Assembly (NCBI GenBank): GCA_964565135.1
Contig: CAZMEA010000002.1
Coordinates: forward strand, 9,824 to 73,823
Direction of reading: 5' to 3'
DNA length: 64,000 nt
Origin: an uncultured Woeseiaceae bacterium
GTDB lineage: Bacteria > Pseudomonadota > Gammaproteobacteria > Steroidobacterales > Woeseiaceae
Below, in pieces: positions 9,410-19,905 of the stretch. The first letter of the stretch is position 1. Every line of letters begins with the position of its first letter. The notes under the pieces were generated by a model that had not been told where the DNA came from, made no database searches, and saw nothing but the letters and a program-made list of their open reading frames with translations. The translations under genes and the position numbers were made by a program.

Positions 9410-10765
9410 CTAGAGGAAATACTGCGACAGGTACGGGTTGAGCAAACGGTTGTCCGGATCCACCTGGCGACGGACCTTGCGGAAATAGTCGAGTCGCTTG
9501 CCGAAGGCCGCCTTCGCGTAGCCCGGATTGAGTTCCAGTGACTGGTTGAAGAACGGCGTTCCGCCCCAGTGGCGCGCGAAGTCGCCAAAGTCGATGGCGA
9601 AGTTGTCCCAACCCTTGCTCTGGGTCGACACCGCGCGCAGCGCGACCATCGGCTCGTCGAAACACGGCGACAGGATTGCCGAGTTATCCTGCGACAACAA
9701 ATATCCAACCGTCGGCATGTCGCAACGAAAACCGGTCTCCTTCTGGATGCGTTCGCAGAACTCCTTATAGGCCTCAACGACGACCGTAAAATCGGTGGCC
9801 GGGAACAGCCATGTCGAGTAGCGGAGATTGCTGTCACCGGACTTGCCCGACTGTGCGGTTGAGCTGCTGCCCGCAGATACAAGACGGTTGCTCACGAGTT
9901 CCTGGGTCAGGGTGCTGACTTTGTCGATCAGACGGTAGCGGACGCCGGACACCGGGATAATCATGTTCAATGACTTAAAGACCTGCGGCAGCACCGTGCT
10001 TTCGCCCCAGTCCTTGATTTTCCAGGGCAGTGTCGCAGCGGATTTCGCATGAGCATCGAAGCGGCGCAGGTCCAGATAGATCGTGTCGCGAAACGGCAGC
10101 ATGAAGAACTTCAGCCCGATATCGGTTCGTACCAGCTTCTCAATGGCGTTCGCGAACTGAGTCGTCGAGCATCGTCTGTGTGTGGCGCTGAATCCCATGA
10201 TCGGTCGCGCTCTAAGGGTTACCTCGAAGATTGCACCGAGCATGCCGTAACTGAGGCGCAGCATGTTCAGGATCTTCTGCTGGCCAATATCTGCAACAAG
10301 CAGTTCGCCTTCCGGTGTCACGACCTTGAGACCGAGCACCTGGGAAGAAAACAACGCGCCGTCCGTGCCCATCGCAGGGCCTATGCAACCTCCGGCAACG
10401 GCGCCGCCAATCGTTCGGTGCATCAGGTCGTGGCTGCCCTCGAGCTCCATACCGTGTACGGCAAGCGCATCGACTAATTGGCTGATGCGGACGCCGGCCT
10501 GAACGGTAACCCGATGGTTGTACGTGTCGATATCAATGATGTCGTCCAGCCCCGTCATATCAATGACGGTGCCGGTCGAACACGAATTGCTGTCAGTGGC
10601 AGAGCTTCCTGCTCCGCGTGGCCTGAACGGCATGCGGTAGGGCGATTCCGGCCCGAGTATTTGCTGGAGTTCCTTGAGGGTTGAGGGTCTGACGACCTGC
10701 TGCGGTGTTTTGTTGCTTGCTCGAGTGCGCGTGGATTTGCGCAAGCTGGCGGCCGTCACTGACAT
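9410..10765 (-). CDS. FAD-binding (PCMH-type) oxidoreductase
   Basis: FAD-binding domain pattern (VVRPSTLKELQQIL...PRGAGSS...IDMTGLDDIIDIDTYNHRVTVQAGVRISQLVDAL...GGAVAGG...). The ORF-track start at 11218 gives an R/S-rich extension. I moved the start to the ATG at 10765 (MSVTAASLRK). Confidence 0.8.
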   Translation of the reverse strand: MSVTAASLRKSTRTRASNKTPQQVVRPSTLKELQQILGPESPYRMPFRPRGAGSSATDSNSCSTGTVIDMTGLDDIIDIDTYNHRVTVQAGVRISQLVDALAVHGMELEGSHDLMHRTIGGAVAGGCIGPAMGTDGALFSSQVLGLKVVTPEGELLVADIGQQKILNMLRLSYGMLGAIFEVTLRARPIMGFSATHRRCSTTQFANAIEKLVRTDIGLKFFMLPFRDTIYLDLRRFDAHAKSAATLPWKIKDWGESTVLPQVFKSLNMIIPVSGVRYRLIDKVSTLTQELVSNRLVSAGSSSTAQSGKSGDSNLRYSTWLFPATDFTVVVEAYKEFCERIQKETGFRCDMPTVGYLLSQDNSAILSPCFDEPMVALRAVSTQSKGWDNFAIDFGDFARHWGGTPFFNQSLELNPGYAKAAFGKRLDYFRKVRRQVDPDNRLLNPYLSQYFL

Positions 10766-10824
10766 CCCTGTTCCCCTGGTGCTTCGATCCCTGTGGAACG
10801 GCTGAATCAGGCGCGGCCGCAACG

Positions 10825-10845
10825 TATCGCTCGAATCGAGCGATA
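10825..10845. promoter_or_regulatory. Perfect 10-1-10 palindrome, candidate operator
   Basis: TATCGCTCGA-A-TCGAGCGATA, 60-80 bp upstream of the FAD oxidase start, in a 444-bp divergent intergenic region. Confidence 0.3.
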
Positions 10846-11209
10846 GGCTGCATCGACCCGGCACTCCGACCGGGTCAGGCTGGTAACCCCGCTGTCCCGA
10901 GCGCGACCTCTGGACCGGTGGCTTTGCGGCCCCGCCTCGCGACGGGTGTGCCATTTTCAACCGAGGCAGCATGGTTGCACCGGCCCAAAATCGAGTCAAT
11001 CTGACCTGTGAACCAGGTCTCATTTTTTCGTCGTATTGCTCGCTTCGAGCAACGATCGGGCGTGTGCGTGCACCGAAGCTCAGAACCTTTTGCGCTTGTT
11101 GCCGGGCCCGTGCGTGGCTAAGCTCGATTTTGTCATGTGTTTGCGATTCGGATCCGACCCTCGAGCCGATTTTCTCGGTCGCGGAGCGCCGACTCGACCG
11201 GTTACGTCG

Positions 11210-12199
11210 ATGACCCAATCTGATTCAGACGTCGCTCCGTACGACCCAAGGCGACTCTCCGCCGACGTCGCCCTTGCGGCGAATCGAATCGCCGACTATG
11301 TGCGGGAAACGCCGCTCGAACACTCACCGTATTTCAGCGAGGCATGTGGCGCGAACGTGTGGCTGAAGCTCGAAAATCAGCAGCTCACCGGGTCGTTCAA
11401 GCTCCGTGGCGCTGTGAACAAGCTTCTGTCACTCGATGATGCCCAGCGGGCACGCGGGTGCGTCACTGCGTCCAGCGGCAATCACGGTGCCGCGGTCGCC
11501 TGGGCAATGGCCCGCCTCGGCGCGCGAGGCGTCGTTTTCGTTCCCGAACACACGTCGACTGCCAAGGTGGATGCCATTCGTCGTGCCGGCGCGGAGATAA
11601 GGTTTCATGGCACCGACGGCCTGGACACCGAAAACTTCGCGCGTGATTACGCTCGGGACAATGACCTGACTTTCCTGTCACCTTACAACGACTGGTCGGT
11701 CATCGCGGGTCAGGGAACCTGCGGCTTCGAAATAGCGAAGCAGCTGCCGGAGGTGGATGCAGTATTTGTTGCCGTCGGTGGTGGCGGGCTTGTTTCCGGG
11801 GTGGGGACGTTCTTGAAGGCGGTGAACCCTGCCGTCGAAATCGTCTCATGCCAACCTGCTGCGTCCCCGGTCATGACGGAATCCGTCCGCGCCGGCCGGA
11901 TCATCGACATGCCCAGCGAAGCAACACTGTCTGACGGCACCGCCGGTGGTATCGAAGCGGGCGCGGTGACGTTCGAGCAATGCCGCAAGGTCGTCGATCG
12001 CTACGTCGTTGTTGACGAAGACGAAATCGCACACGCAATGCGGGAGTTCGTCGACGCCCAGCATCAGTTGCTCGAAGGTGCCGCCGGCGTGGCGCTCGCC
12101 GGCTTGCTGAAAGCGCGCGATGATTTCGCCGGCAAGAACGTCGTGGTGATCATCTGCGGTGGCAATATCTCCCGGGCCACGTTGAAAGACCTGCTGTGA
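11210..12199 (+). CDS. PLP-dependent threonine/serine dehydratase family enzyme
   Basis: PLP-lysine motif LENQQLTGSFKLRGAVNKL, glycine loop VAVGGGGLVSG. Start moved to the ATG at 11210 (MTQSDSDVAPYD). Confidence 0.85.
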   Translation: MTQSDSDVAPYDPRRLSADVALAANRIADYVRETPLEHSPYFSEACGANVWLKLENQQLTGSFKLRGAVNKLLSLDDAQRARGCVTASSGNHGAAVAWAMARLGARGVVFVPEHTSTAKVDAIRRAGAEIRFHGTDGLDTENFARDYARDNDLTFLSPYNDWSVIAGQGTCGFEIAKQLPEVDAVFVAVGGGGLVSGVGTFLKAVNPAVEIVSCQPAASPVMTESVRAGRIIDMPSEATLSDGTAGGIEAGAVTFEQCRKVVDRYVVVDEDEIAHAMREFVDAQHQLLEGAAGVALAGLLKARDDFAGKNVVVIICGGNISRATLKDLL

Positions 12200-13551
12200 A
12201 CAGTCGCCGGGTGCGATACCTGTTCGTACTGGTCGCGCTTTTGCCGGTATCGGTCGCCAACGCGGATACCACGGCCTTCATCAACGTCAACGTGTTGCCG
12301 ATGACCGACGACACCGTCGTGCCCGCACGCACCGTCGTCGTCGTAGACGATCGGATTGCAACGATCGGGCCCGTCGAAAGCACCGTTGTGCCCGATGAGG
12401 CCGTGTTGGTCGATGGTACTGACCGGTTCCTGATGCCCGGACTGACCGAAATGCACGGGCACGTGACCAGCACCCGCCCGGCTGACCTCGATCGCCTGCT
12501 TGGCCTGTTTCTCGCCAACGGCGTGACGACAGTACGCGGCATGCTTGGCCGGCCGTCGCATCTGACCTTGCGTGCCGACCTCGCCGCGGGGCGCGTGCTC
12601 GGTCCCAGGCTGATTACGTCGGGCCCATCCTTCAACGGCAACAGCGTATCCAGCCCGGCACAGGCCGAGGCCATGGTGCGCGAGCAGCACGCCGCCGGGT
12701 ACGACTTCCTGAAGATTCATCCGGGCCTTACTCGCGCAGAATTCTCAGCGATGGCCGATACGGCCAGCGAGCTCGGGATCCGGTTTGCCGGGCACGTGCC
12801 TGCGGACGTTGGGGTGCCTGCGGCACTTGCCGCCGGAATCGCGACGATCGATCACCTCGATGGCTACATGGAGTCTCTGATCCCCGTCCACGACGATCCC
12901 ACTGGCGGCATCGGTGGCTTTTTCGGCCTGCGCCTTGCCGGAGTTGCCGACGCATCGCGGATCGAAGCGATCGCCCAGGCGACGGTGGCGGCGGGCACCG
13001 GTACCGTCGCGACGGAGTCGTTGTTCGAGCATACGGCGAATCACGTGCCGCCCGAGGGCATGGCCGAGCTGCCTGAAATGCGGTTCGCGGACCCGGCGGA
13101 TCTCGCGGCATGGACCCAGATCAAGCGGAACCTGCACGCTGATCCCCAATTCGACAGAGCGGTAGCGGATCGGGCGATTGAGCTTCGCCGCGCTCTGATT
13201 CTCGCGCTGCACCGTGCCGGTCCGGACCTGATGCTGCTCGGATCCGACTCGCCGCAGCGTTTCAATATTCCTGGATTCGCCCTGCACAGAGAGCTCGGAT
13301 TTCTCGTGGCCGCCGGGCTAAGCCCCTATGAGGCATTGCGTTCCGGGACCGTGAATCCGGCGCGATTTTTCGATGAGCTGACAGACCGCGGGACACTTGA
13401 AGTTGGCAAGATCGCCGACCTCGTTATGCTCGACGAGAACCCGCTGGACGACATCGGAAACAGTCGGCGCGTCCATGGGACGATGCTTCGCGGCGTCTGG
13501 CTATCCCGACAAAAACTCGATGAGTTGCTGCATCTGGCCGCGCCAGAATGA
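12196..13551 (+). CDS. Exported amidohydrolase-family metallohydrolase
   Basis: Signal peptide MNSRRVRYLFVLVALLPVSVANA. HxH metal motif (GLTEMHGHV). Amidohydrolase-like C-terminus (GKIADLVMLDENPL). GTGA overlap with the upstream gene. Confidence 0.8.
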   Translation: MNSRRVRYLFVLVALLPVSVANADTTAFINVNVLPMTDDTVVPARTVVVVDDRIATIGPVESTVVPDEAVLVDGTDRFLMPGLTEMHGHVTSTRPADLDRLLGLFLANGVTTVRGMLGRPSHLTLRADLAAGRVLGPRLITSGPSFNGNSVSSPAQAEAMVREQHAAGYDFLKIHPGLTRAEFSAMADTASELGIRFAGHVPADVGVPAALAAGIATIDHLDGYMESLIPVHDDPTGGIGGFFGLRLAGVADASRIEAIAQATVAAGTGTVATESLFEHTANHVPPEGMAELPEMRFADPADLAAWTQIKRNLHADPQFDRAVADRAIELRRALILALHRAGPDLMLLGSDSPQRFNIPGFALHRELGFLVAAGLSPYEALRSGTVNPARFFDELTDRGTLEVGKIADLVMLDENPLDDIGNSRRVHGTMLRGVWLSRQKLDELLHLAAPE

Positions 13552-13631
13552 GGACATTGCAACCGAAAGCGGCCGGGCGGCATCTACCCATTAACGATGA
13601 CGCAACCTATTGTCGCGGGAGATCACGGGTC

Positions 13632-14345
13632 ATGCGCGGAATTGCACTTCTTGTCATGTTTGCGAGCACGCTCGCCCATGGCGCCTGGAACGAGTACGTC
13701 GAAACACGCGATCTGCGTCTCGATGCGAAAGGTTTGTCAACGCTCGAGATTGACGCGGGCGCCGGCAAATTGACGGTGCAGGGTGACCCGGCGGTCACCG
13801 AGATCGTGGTCGCAGCGACGATTACCATTCCGAAAGGCGACGAGGACAAGGCGCGGGAGTACATGCAAAAGTCCATGGTCCTGACGCTCGATCGCGATAG
13901 CGATACGGCACGGTTGCAGAGCTACTTCGACTCCGGGTTGCTCAGCTGGGGCAAGCAAGGCTCTGTGGCGCTCGACGTTACCCTGCCGCAGGCGCTCAGT
14001 CTGGTGGTTGATGACGGATCCGGCAGTATTGAGATCGCGGATGTTGGCGGATCGCTGATCGTCGATGACGGGTCGGGCGGGATTCGGATTCTCGACAACG
14101 GTGGCGATGTCGAGATCGATGATGGCTCAGGCGGTATTCTCGTGGCCGGCGCGGCTGGGAACGTGCGCATTACGGACGGATCCGGTTCGATGACGATTGA
14201 ACGAGTCGCCGGCAGCGTTTTCGTTGACGACGGCTCCGGCAGCATTGACGTGTCCGACGTTCTTCAGGACTTCATCGTCGAGGACGACGGCTCAGGCGGA
14301 GTCGATTACGAGGGAGTCCTCGGCCAGGTCGTCATCGATCAGTAG
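13632..14345 (+). CDS. Secreted beta-helix repeat protein (DUF4097-like putative adhesin)
   Basis: Signal peptide MRGIALLVMFASTLAHG. The C-terminal half consists of six DDGSG-containing 18-residue repeats. Confidence 0.7.
   Translation: MRGIALLVMFASTLAHGAWNEYVETRDLRLDAKGLSTLEIDAGAGKLTVQGDPAVTEIVVAATITIPKGDEDKAREYMQKSMVLTLDRDSDTARLQSYFDSGLLSWGKQGSVALDVTLPQALSLVVDDGSGSIEIADVGGSLIVDDGSGGIRILDNGGDVEIDDGSGGILVAGAAGNVRITDGSGSMTIERVAGSVFVDDGSGSIDVSDVLQDFIVEDDGSGGVDYEGVLGQVVIDQ
14007..14342 (+). repeat. Six tandem 54-nt (18-codon) coding repeats
   Basis: VDDGSGSIEIADVGGSLI / VDDGSGGIRILDNGGDVE / IDDGSGGILVAGAAGNVR / ITDGSGSMTIERVAGSVF / VDDGSGSIDVSDVLQDFI / VEDDGSGGVDYEGVLGQVV. Confidence 0.85.
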
Positions 14346-14618
14346 GCCAGGCTGTGGCCTGCCCGACTCCCGGGCGCCGCGGCCGCTGCCGGCACCCCGG
14401 TAGCGATAGTCCGCACCACGCCCGTCCGCGCGGCGTATACTCCCCCAGGCATAAGGATTTTCCATGACAGAAGCGGGGAATTCCGGGGGAATTTTCTGCG
14501 TGGTGGCGGGTCATACTGAAACGTAACAGCGGGCGGTTCGGGGGAGCGAGTCGTTCAATGTGGTTTTTGGTGAACCAGCCCGCCGGAATGCCGCCACGAC
14601 TTGTTCTAGCATAAGACT

Positions 14619-15179
14619 ATGAAGACACAATCAAGCACGCGCCTTGCCGTCGCAGTTCTGGGCATCGTCTTGCTGCCAGCACTGGCTGACGCGCAAAGCA
14701 ATCGACCGTTCGAAAGTGATACCGCGCCGAAGACGGTCATCGGACCCGCTAATCCGGATCTGCACGACGGTGCGCAGGCACTGCTCGCGGGCAACGCCGA
14801 GCTCGGCGTCAGAAAGACCCTGGCGGGGTTGGAAGTGGCCATTGGCGAGCGACAGCACGAAGCAGCGCTGTCGAATCTCTGCGCCGGCTACATCCTGCTT
14901 GCCCAGTATCAGGCGGCACTAGGCTATTGCGACCTGCTGTTGGCACGCAACGACGACAACTGGCGGGCGTACAACAACCGCGCCGTTATTTACATCAAGA
15001 TGGGCCAGTACGCGAAGGCTGAGAAGGACCTTGCCAAGGGTGAGGCACTTCGGCCTGGCGCGCACACTCTGAAGGTTGCGCGTGCGATGTACATGGATGC
15101 TGTCCATCCGGTCGCGCCGGAAGTGGCCGTGGACGATCGTCAGGGCGGCGAGCAGGGTGGCGAGGATGCACCACGCTGA
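14619..15179 (+). CDS. Secreted TPR-repeat protein
   Basis: Signal peptide MKTQSSTRLAVAVLGIVLLPALADA. TPR-like helices (NWRAYNNRAVIYIKMGQYAKAEKDLAKGEAL). Confidence 0.7.
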   Translation: MKTQSSTRLAVAVLGIVLLPALADAQSNRPFESDTAPKTVIGPANPDLHDGAQALLAGNAELGVRKTLAGLEVAIGERQHEAALSNLCAGYILLAQYQAALGYCDLLLARNDDNWRAYNNRAVIYIKMGQYAKAEKDLAKGEALRPGAHTLKVARAMYMDAVHPVAPEVAVDDRQGGEQGGEDAPR

Positions 15180-15186
15180 TTGCCGC

Positions 15187-15600
15187 ATGATCGCCAGACG
15201 TCTTCGGCGTCCGGGTGTGCTTCTGGTTCTCCTGACGGCCTCGTCCGTCGCGTTCGCTCAGGATCTGCCGCAAAAGCGCCTGCACTTCACGGACTCTTCG
15301 ACCGATCGAACGCCCGCGAAGACCGCGTTTCCAATTTACCCGCGTATCGCTCGACGTGATCGAATCGAGGGCGATGCGACGGTGTGCTTCAAGATCGACA
15401 TGCGCGGCAAGATTCGCGCCGTCAAAATGAAGAATTACACGCATCGGATTTTTCGTCGTCCGGCCCTGCGAGCGATCAAGGCGTCCAGCTTCGAACCGGT
15501 ACGACCACACGAAGTGATGTCGGTATCGCAAACCTGCCGTACGTACAGGTTTCGCCTCGAGCCCCTCGTGGTCGAGCGTGCTACGAACCCTCAGACCTGA
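15187..15600 (+). CDS. TonB C-terminal-domain protein (short, signal peptide only)
   Basis: PIYPRIARRDRIEGDATVCFKIDMRGKIRAVKM...ALRAIKASSFEP matches the TonB_C pattern. Start moved to the ATG at 15187 (MIARRLRRPGVLLVLLTASSVAFA). Confidence 0.7.
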   Translation: MIARRLRRPGVLLVLLTASSVAFAQDLPQKRLHFTDSSTDRTPAKTAFPIYPRIARRDRIEGDATVCFKIDMRGKIRAVKMKNYTHRIFRRPALRAIKASSFEPVRPHEVMSVSQTCRTYRFRLEPLVVERATNPQT

Positions 15601-15618
15601 CGCCCTGCAGCCCTGTCG

Positions 15619-16220
15619 CTAGACCGAGTTTGTGTTCTGGTAATCGAGCATGCGATCGGTCGCCTCGCCGAGATTGCGACCGATAGCAATCAACCCGCCA
15701 TCATGACCCGCCATGACCGCGAGGCCGTCATTGAGAAACGGTGTCTCGTCGAGCAGTCGCTCGAGTTCGTGCGCCATAGCCGGAGTGCCGTAGGCAATCT
15801 CCGGTCCCGTTGCCGGCAGTCGATCAAGGGAGGTCTCCCAGAGCCGCTGATCGTGAACGTGAACGATGGCGCCCACCGCAGGCGCCGCGGCGTAGATCGC
15901 CGCGTGGGTCATCGATTCTGACGATGCCTGGACCGCGCCTGTGCAGGACACACGGTTTTGCTCGACGTTCGCCGAGGTAACACGAGCGTAGTGTTCATGC
16001 GTGGTGCTCGCCAGGTGCCCGGTCTGTGTTCCGCTGATGATGAACTGGTCCGCCGTTCGTACGCTGATGTTGCCAAAGCCGACGTCGTGTACGTCGTCAT
16101 GCCCGATCAGTCCTGCGGCGAGCAGCCGACGTCGTGCGTTGTCGAGTTCGTCGAATACAGGGTCCGGCGATAGTGGTGTTCGGGTCCAGTCTACGGAATA
16201 TTTTGTGTAGCCTTCGTCGA

Positions 16221-16224
<4 letters not shown>
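15619..16224 (-). CDS. Class II aldolase/adducin-family protein (MtnB-like dehydratase or Ald2-like aldolase)
   Basis: GFGNISVRT, SSESMTH and HVH metal-ligand pattern. ATGA overlap with mtnA. Start moved to 16224 (MIDEGYTKYS). Confidence 0.8.
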
Positions 16225-17330
<1,106 letters not shown>

Positions 17331-17392
17331 TGCCGGGTATCGTCAGTGGCCCTGCGCCAGTGTACCCGCGTCGGGACCGGTTCGCGTGGACT

Positions 17393-18274
17393 CTAGCCTG
17401 CGGCGAAACGTGCGGAGCGCAGGGTGTTCGACATCAACATGGCGATCGTCATGGGTCCAACCCCACCCGGGACCGGCGTGACGGCAGACGCCACCTGCAT
17501 GGCATCGTCGAAGTCGACGTCACCGACGAGCCTGGTGCGGTCCTCGCCCTCTACGTCGATCCGATTGATTCCGACATCGATGACCACGGCGCCCGGCTTG
17601 ATCCACTCTTTACGGACCATCTGTGGTCGCCCGACTGCGGCAACCAGGATGTCCGCGTTCCTCGCGACGGCCGGCAGGTCGTCGGTACGGCTGTGGCAGA
17701 TTGTTACGGTCGCGTTCGCCTGCAGCAAGAGGCTCGCCATCGGTTTGCCAACGATGTTGGAGCGGCCTATGACGACTGCATGCTTGCCGGACAGGTCGCT
17801 ACCGAGCTCGCGCTCGACCATCAGCATACAGCCCGCCGGCGTGCACGGTACGAAGGCATCGTCGGTCTGGCCGGCGGTGAGCTTGCCGATGTTGACGAAG
17901 TGAAAGCCGTCTACGTCTTTATTCGGCAGGATCGACTGCGTTATTCGCCCTTCGTCCAGGTGCGCCGGCAGCGGCAGTTGGACCAGGATCCCGTGGATTT
18001 TCTCGTCTGCGTTCAACGTCTCGATCAGTTCGAGCAATTCGTCTTCGCTGACGGAGTCGGGCAGGGTGTGTTTGACCGACAGGAATCCACACGCTTCTGC
18101 TGTTCGCTGCTTGTTCCGAACGTACACCTGGCTCGCCGGATCCTCGCCGACGATGACAACCGCAAGTCCGGGTTGATAGCCACGGGCAGTCAGTGCTTCC
18201 GCCTCCGCTCTGATGGCGTCGGAAAGCTCCGCAGCCATTGCCTTGCCGTCTATCAGGGTTGCTTCAGCCATCAT
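17393..18274 (-). CDS. folD: Bifunctional methylenetetrahydrofolate dehydrogenase/methenyl-THF cyclohydrolase
   Basis: [11 protein letters not shown]...[21 protein letters not shown]...[13 protein letters not shown]...[16 protein letters not shown], a near-textbook FolD. Confidence 0.95.
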   Translation of the reverse strand: MMAEATLIDGKAMAAELSDAIRAEAEALTARGYQPGLAVVIVGEDPASQVYVRNKQRTAEACGFLSVKHTLPDSVSEDELLELIETLNADEKIHGILVQLPLPAHLDEGRITQSILPNKDVDGFHFVNIGKLTAGQTDDAFVPCTPAGCMLMVERELGSDLSGKHAVVIGRSNIVGKPMASLLLQANATVTICHSRTDDLPAVARNADILVAAVGRPQMVRKEWIKPGAVVIDVGINRIDVEGEDRTRLVGDVDFDDAMQVASAVTPVPGGVGPMTIAMLMSNTLRSARFAAG

Positions 18275-18437
18275 CAGGTCCGTCGTGTCGCCGCGGCCAG
18301 GCCGGTCGGCGGAAAGCGCCGCATCTTACCGGCGCCTATAAGACGGGTAAACCGCGCCAGCCTGCGCCGGTCGCGGTAGTCACAGGCTGTCTGCTAGGAT
18401 CGCTCACCTTTTCCCCGACCGTTTTCGGAGACGCTGG

Positions 18438-19070
18438 ATGCTCGACACCTGGATCAACCGCTGGCGCGAGGGCCGCATTGGCTGGCATGAGGCTGACGGC
18501 AGCGCGTTACTCCGACGCCACTGGCCGCGGCTGGTTCGTGGCAGTCGGGTGCTGGTGCCGTTCTGTGGCAAGTCCGTAGACCTTCTGTGGCTTGCTGCCC
18601 AAGGGTTGCAGGTCACGGGCGTCGAGATCTCGGACATCGCTGCTCGTTCGTTTTTTGACGAGAACGACCTGGAGTATGACGTCGCGTCCGGCGATCGCAT
18701 GCAGGTGTACGGAGCCCGTTCAGCGCCGATTCGAATCTGCTGCGGCGACTATTTTGAATTCGAGGATTCGCCCTTTGAGTCGTTGTTCGATCGCGGCGCG
18801 CTGGTCGCCGTCGCGCCCGAGGATCGCGGGAGGTACATCGCGAAGACCAACGCCCTGCTCAGTGATGATGCGTTTCGCCTGGTCATTACGCTGACTTACG
18901 ATCAGACCGTTGTCGCTGGTCCGCCCTGGTCAATCAGTGATGAGGAACTGCTCGATCACTGGTCCGATCTCACCTGCGTTCAGTCACGCAATGACATCGA
19001 TACCGGATCCCCGAAGTTCAAGGCGGCCGGGCTGGGCGAGGTAACAGAGTCGGTATGGACCAGCGTCTAA
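18438..19070 (+). CDS. tpm: Thiopurine S-methyltransferase-family methyltransferase
   Basis: WINRWREGRIGWHEA...VLVPFCGKSVDLLWLAAQGLQVTGVEIS matches the TPMT pattern. Confidence 0.8.
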   Translation: MLDTWINRWREGRIGWHEADGSALLRRHWPRLVRGSRVLVPFCGKSVDLLWLAAQGLQVTGVEISDIAARSFFDENDLEYDVASGDRMQVYGARSAPIRICCGDYFEFEDSPFESLFDRGALVAVAPEDRGRYIAKTNALLSDDAFRLVITLTYDQTVVAGPPWSISDEELLDHWSDLTCVQSRNDIDTGSPKFKAAGLGEVTESVWTSV

Positions 19071-19073
19071 GGG

Positions 19074-19442
19074 CTAATTCAGTTTAGGCGACCAGAGCTC
19101 GACGCGATTGCCATCCGGATCGATAAACCAGCCAAAGCGCCCTCTGTCACCCGTTTCTGCTTCGCCGACAATCGTGCCACCCGCGTCGGCGATTTCCTGC
19201 AACACCGCGTCCACGTCGTTCACGATCAGGTTGAAGGTGAAGTCGCGGCGCCCGTAGTCGAAACTGTGCGGGTCCCCGTCGACGATGCTGCACAACAGGG
19301 CGCTGCTGGAATCATCGGTCGTCAGCCCGGTTGTGTCAGAGCCCTCATCAGCCTGGCTGAGGCAGCGGGAATACCAGGCATACAACCCGTCGGGATCCGG
19401 CGACCGAATAAAGATGCTGCCCACCCCGATGATCTTTGCCAA
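19074..19442 (-). CDS. VOC (glyoxalase/bleomycin-resistance) family protein
   Basis: 122 aa with the typical C-terminus GRFGWFIDPDGNRVELW. Confidence 0.7.
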   Translation of the reverse strand: MAKIIGVGSIFIRSPDPDGLYAWYSRCLSQADEGSDTTGLTTDDSSSALLCSIVDGDPHSFDYGRRDFTFNLIVNDVDAVLQEIADAGGTIVGEAETGDRGRFGWFIDPDGNRVELWSPKLN

Positions 19443-19529
19443 TGTCGCTGTCCCTGTGCCGAGATTGCTCCTGTTAACCGTCAGTCTTAACTGCGATCGG
19501 CAGCGTGCGCAAGTCGCGCTGTGCTTATG

Positions 19530-19877
19530 TCAATTGGATGGGTCGGGAACTTCGCCACCGATCGGACCATAGAAGACAACCCAGGCGCCGAAGTCGTCGC
19601 TGAACTCGGCGAAGCGATGGTCGATACCGGCTGGTACGAACAGCGCCTCTCCTGCTTCGAACGGTCGACGATCGCCGTCGCATTCGAATACCCCGGTGCC
19701 GCTGATGACAATGTAGAGCTCGTCCCGATCGTGAGGTTGCTGCAAGTCGTTCCCTGCAGGGCGGTAGTAGCCGAGTTCCAGCGTGCCGTGTTCCAGCAGG
19801 ATACCGTACAGCCCATCGTCCGAGTGCCGGACGGCGTTCAGGGCATCTGCAATGCGTAAGCGTTCTTGCTCGACCAT
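19530..19877 (-). CDS. Cupin-domain protein
   Basis: Cupin barrel motifs (HDRDELYIVISGTGVF...GEALFVPAGIDHRF). Start moved to the ATG at 19877. Confidence 0.65.
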   Translation of the reverse strand: MVEQERLRIADALNAVRHSDDGLYGILLEHGTLELGYYRPAGNDLQQPHDRDELYIVISGTGVFECDGDRRPFEAGEALFVPAGIDHRFAEFSDDFGAWVVFYGPIGGEVPDPSN

Positions 19878-19905
19878 CGTCGTGGTTCTCCTGTGATGGG
19901 CCGGT

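Noticed and set aside
10766-11218. N-terminal extension of the FAD oxidase ORF (track start 11218). Analogous extensions occur at 19906..21255, 45817..47964, 48343..49050, 60962..61735, 24479..25582 and 40000..40578.
   Set aside because: The extensions are R/S/P-rich, lack similarity to the family and would run into the upstream genes. Internal ATGs followed by signal peptides or conserved N-termini fit better. The track clearly also opens ORFs at GTG/TTG.
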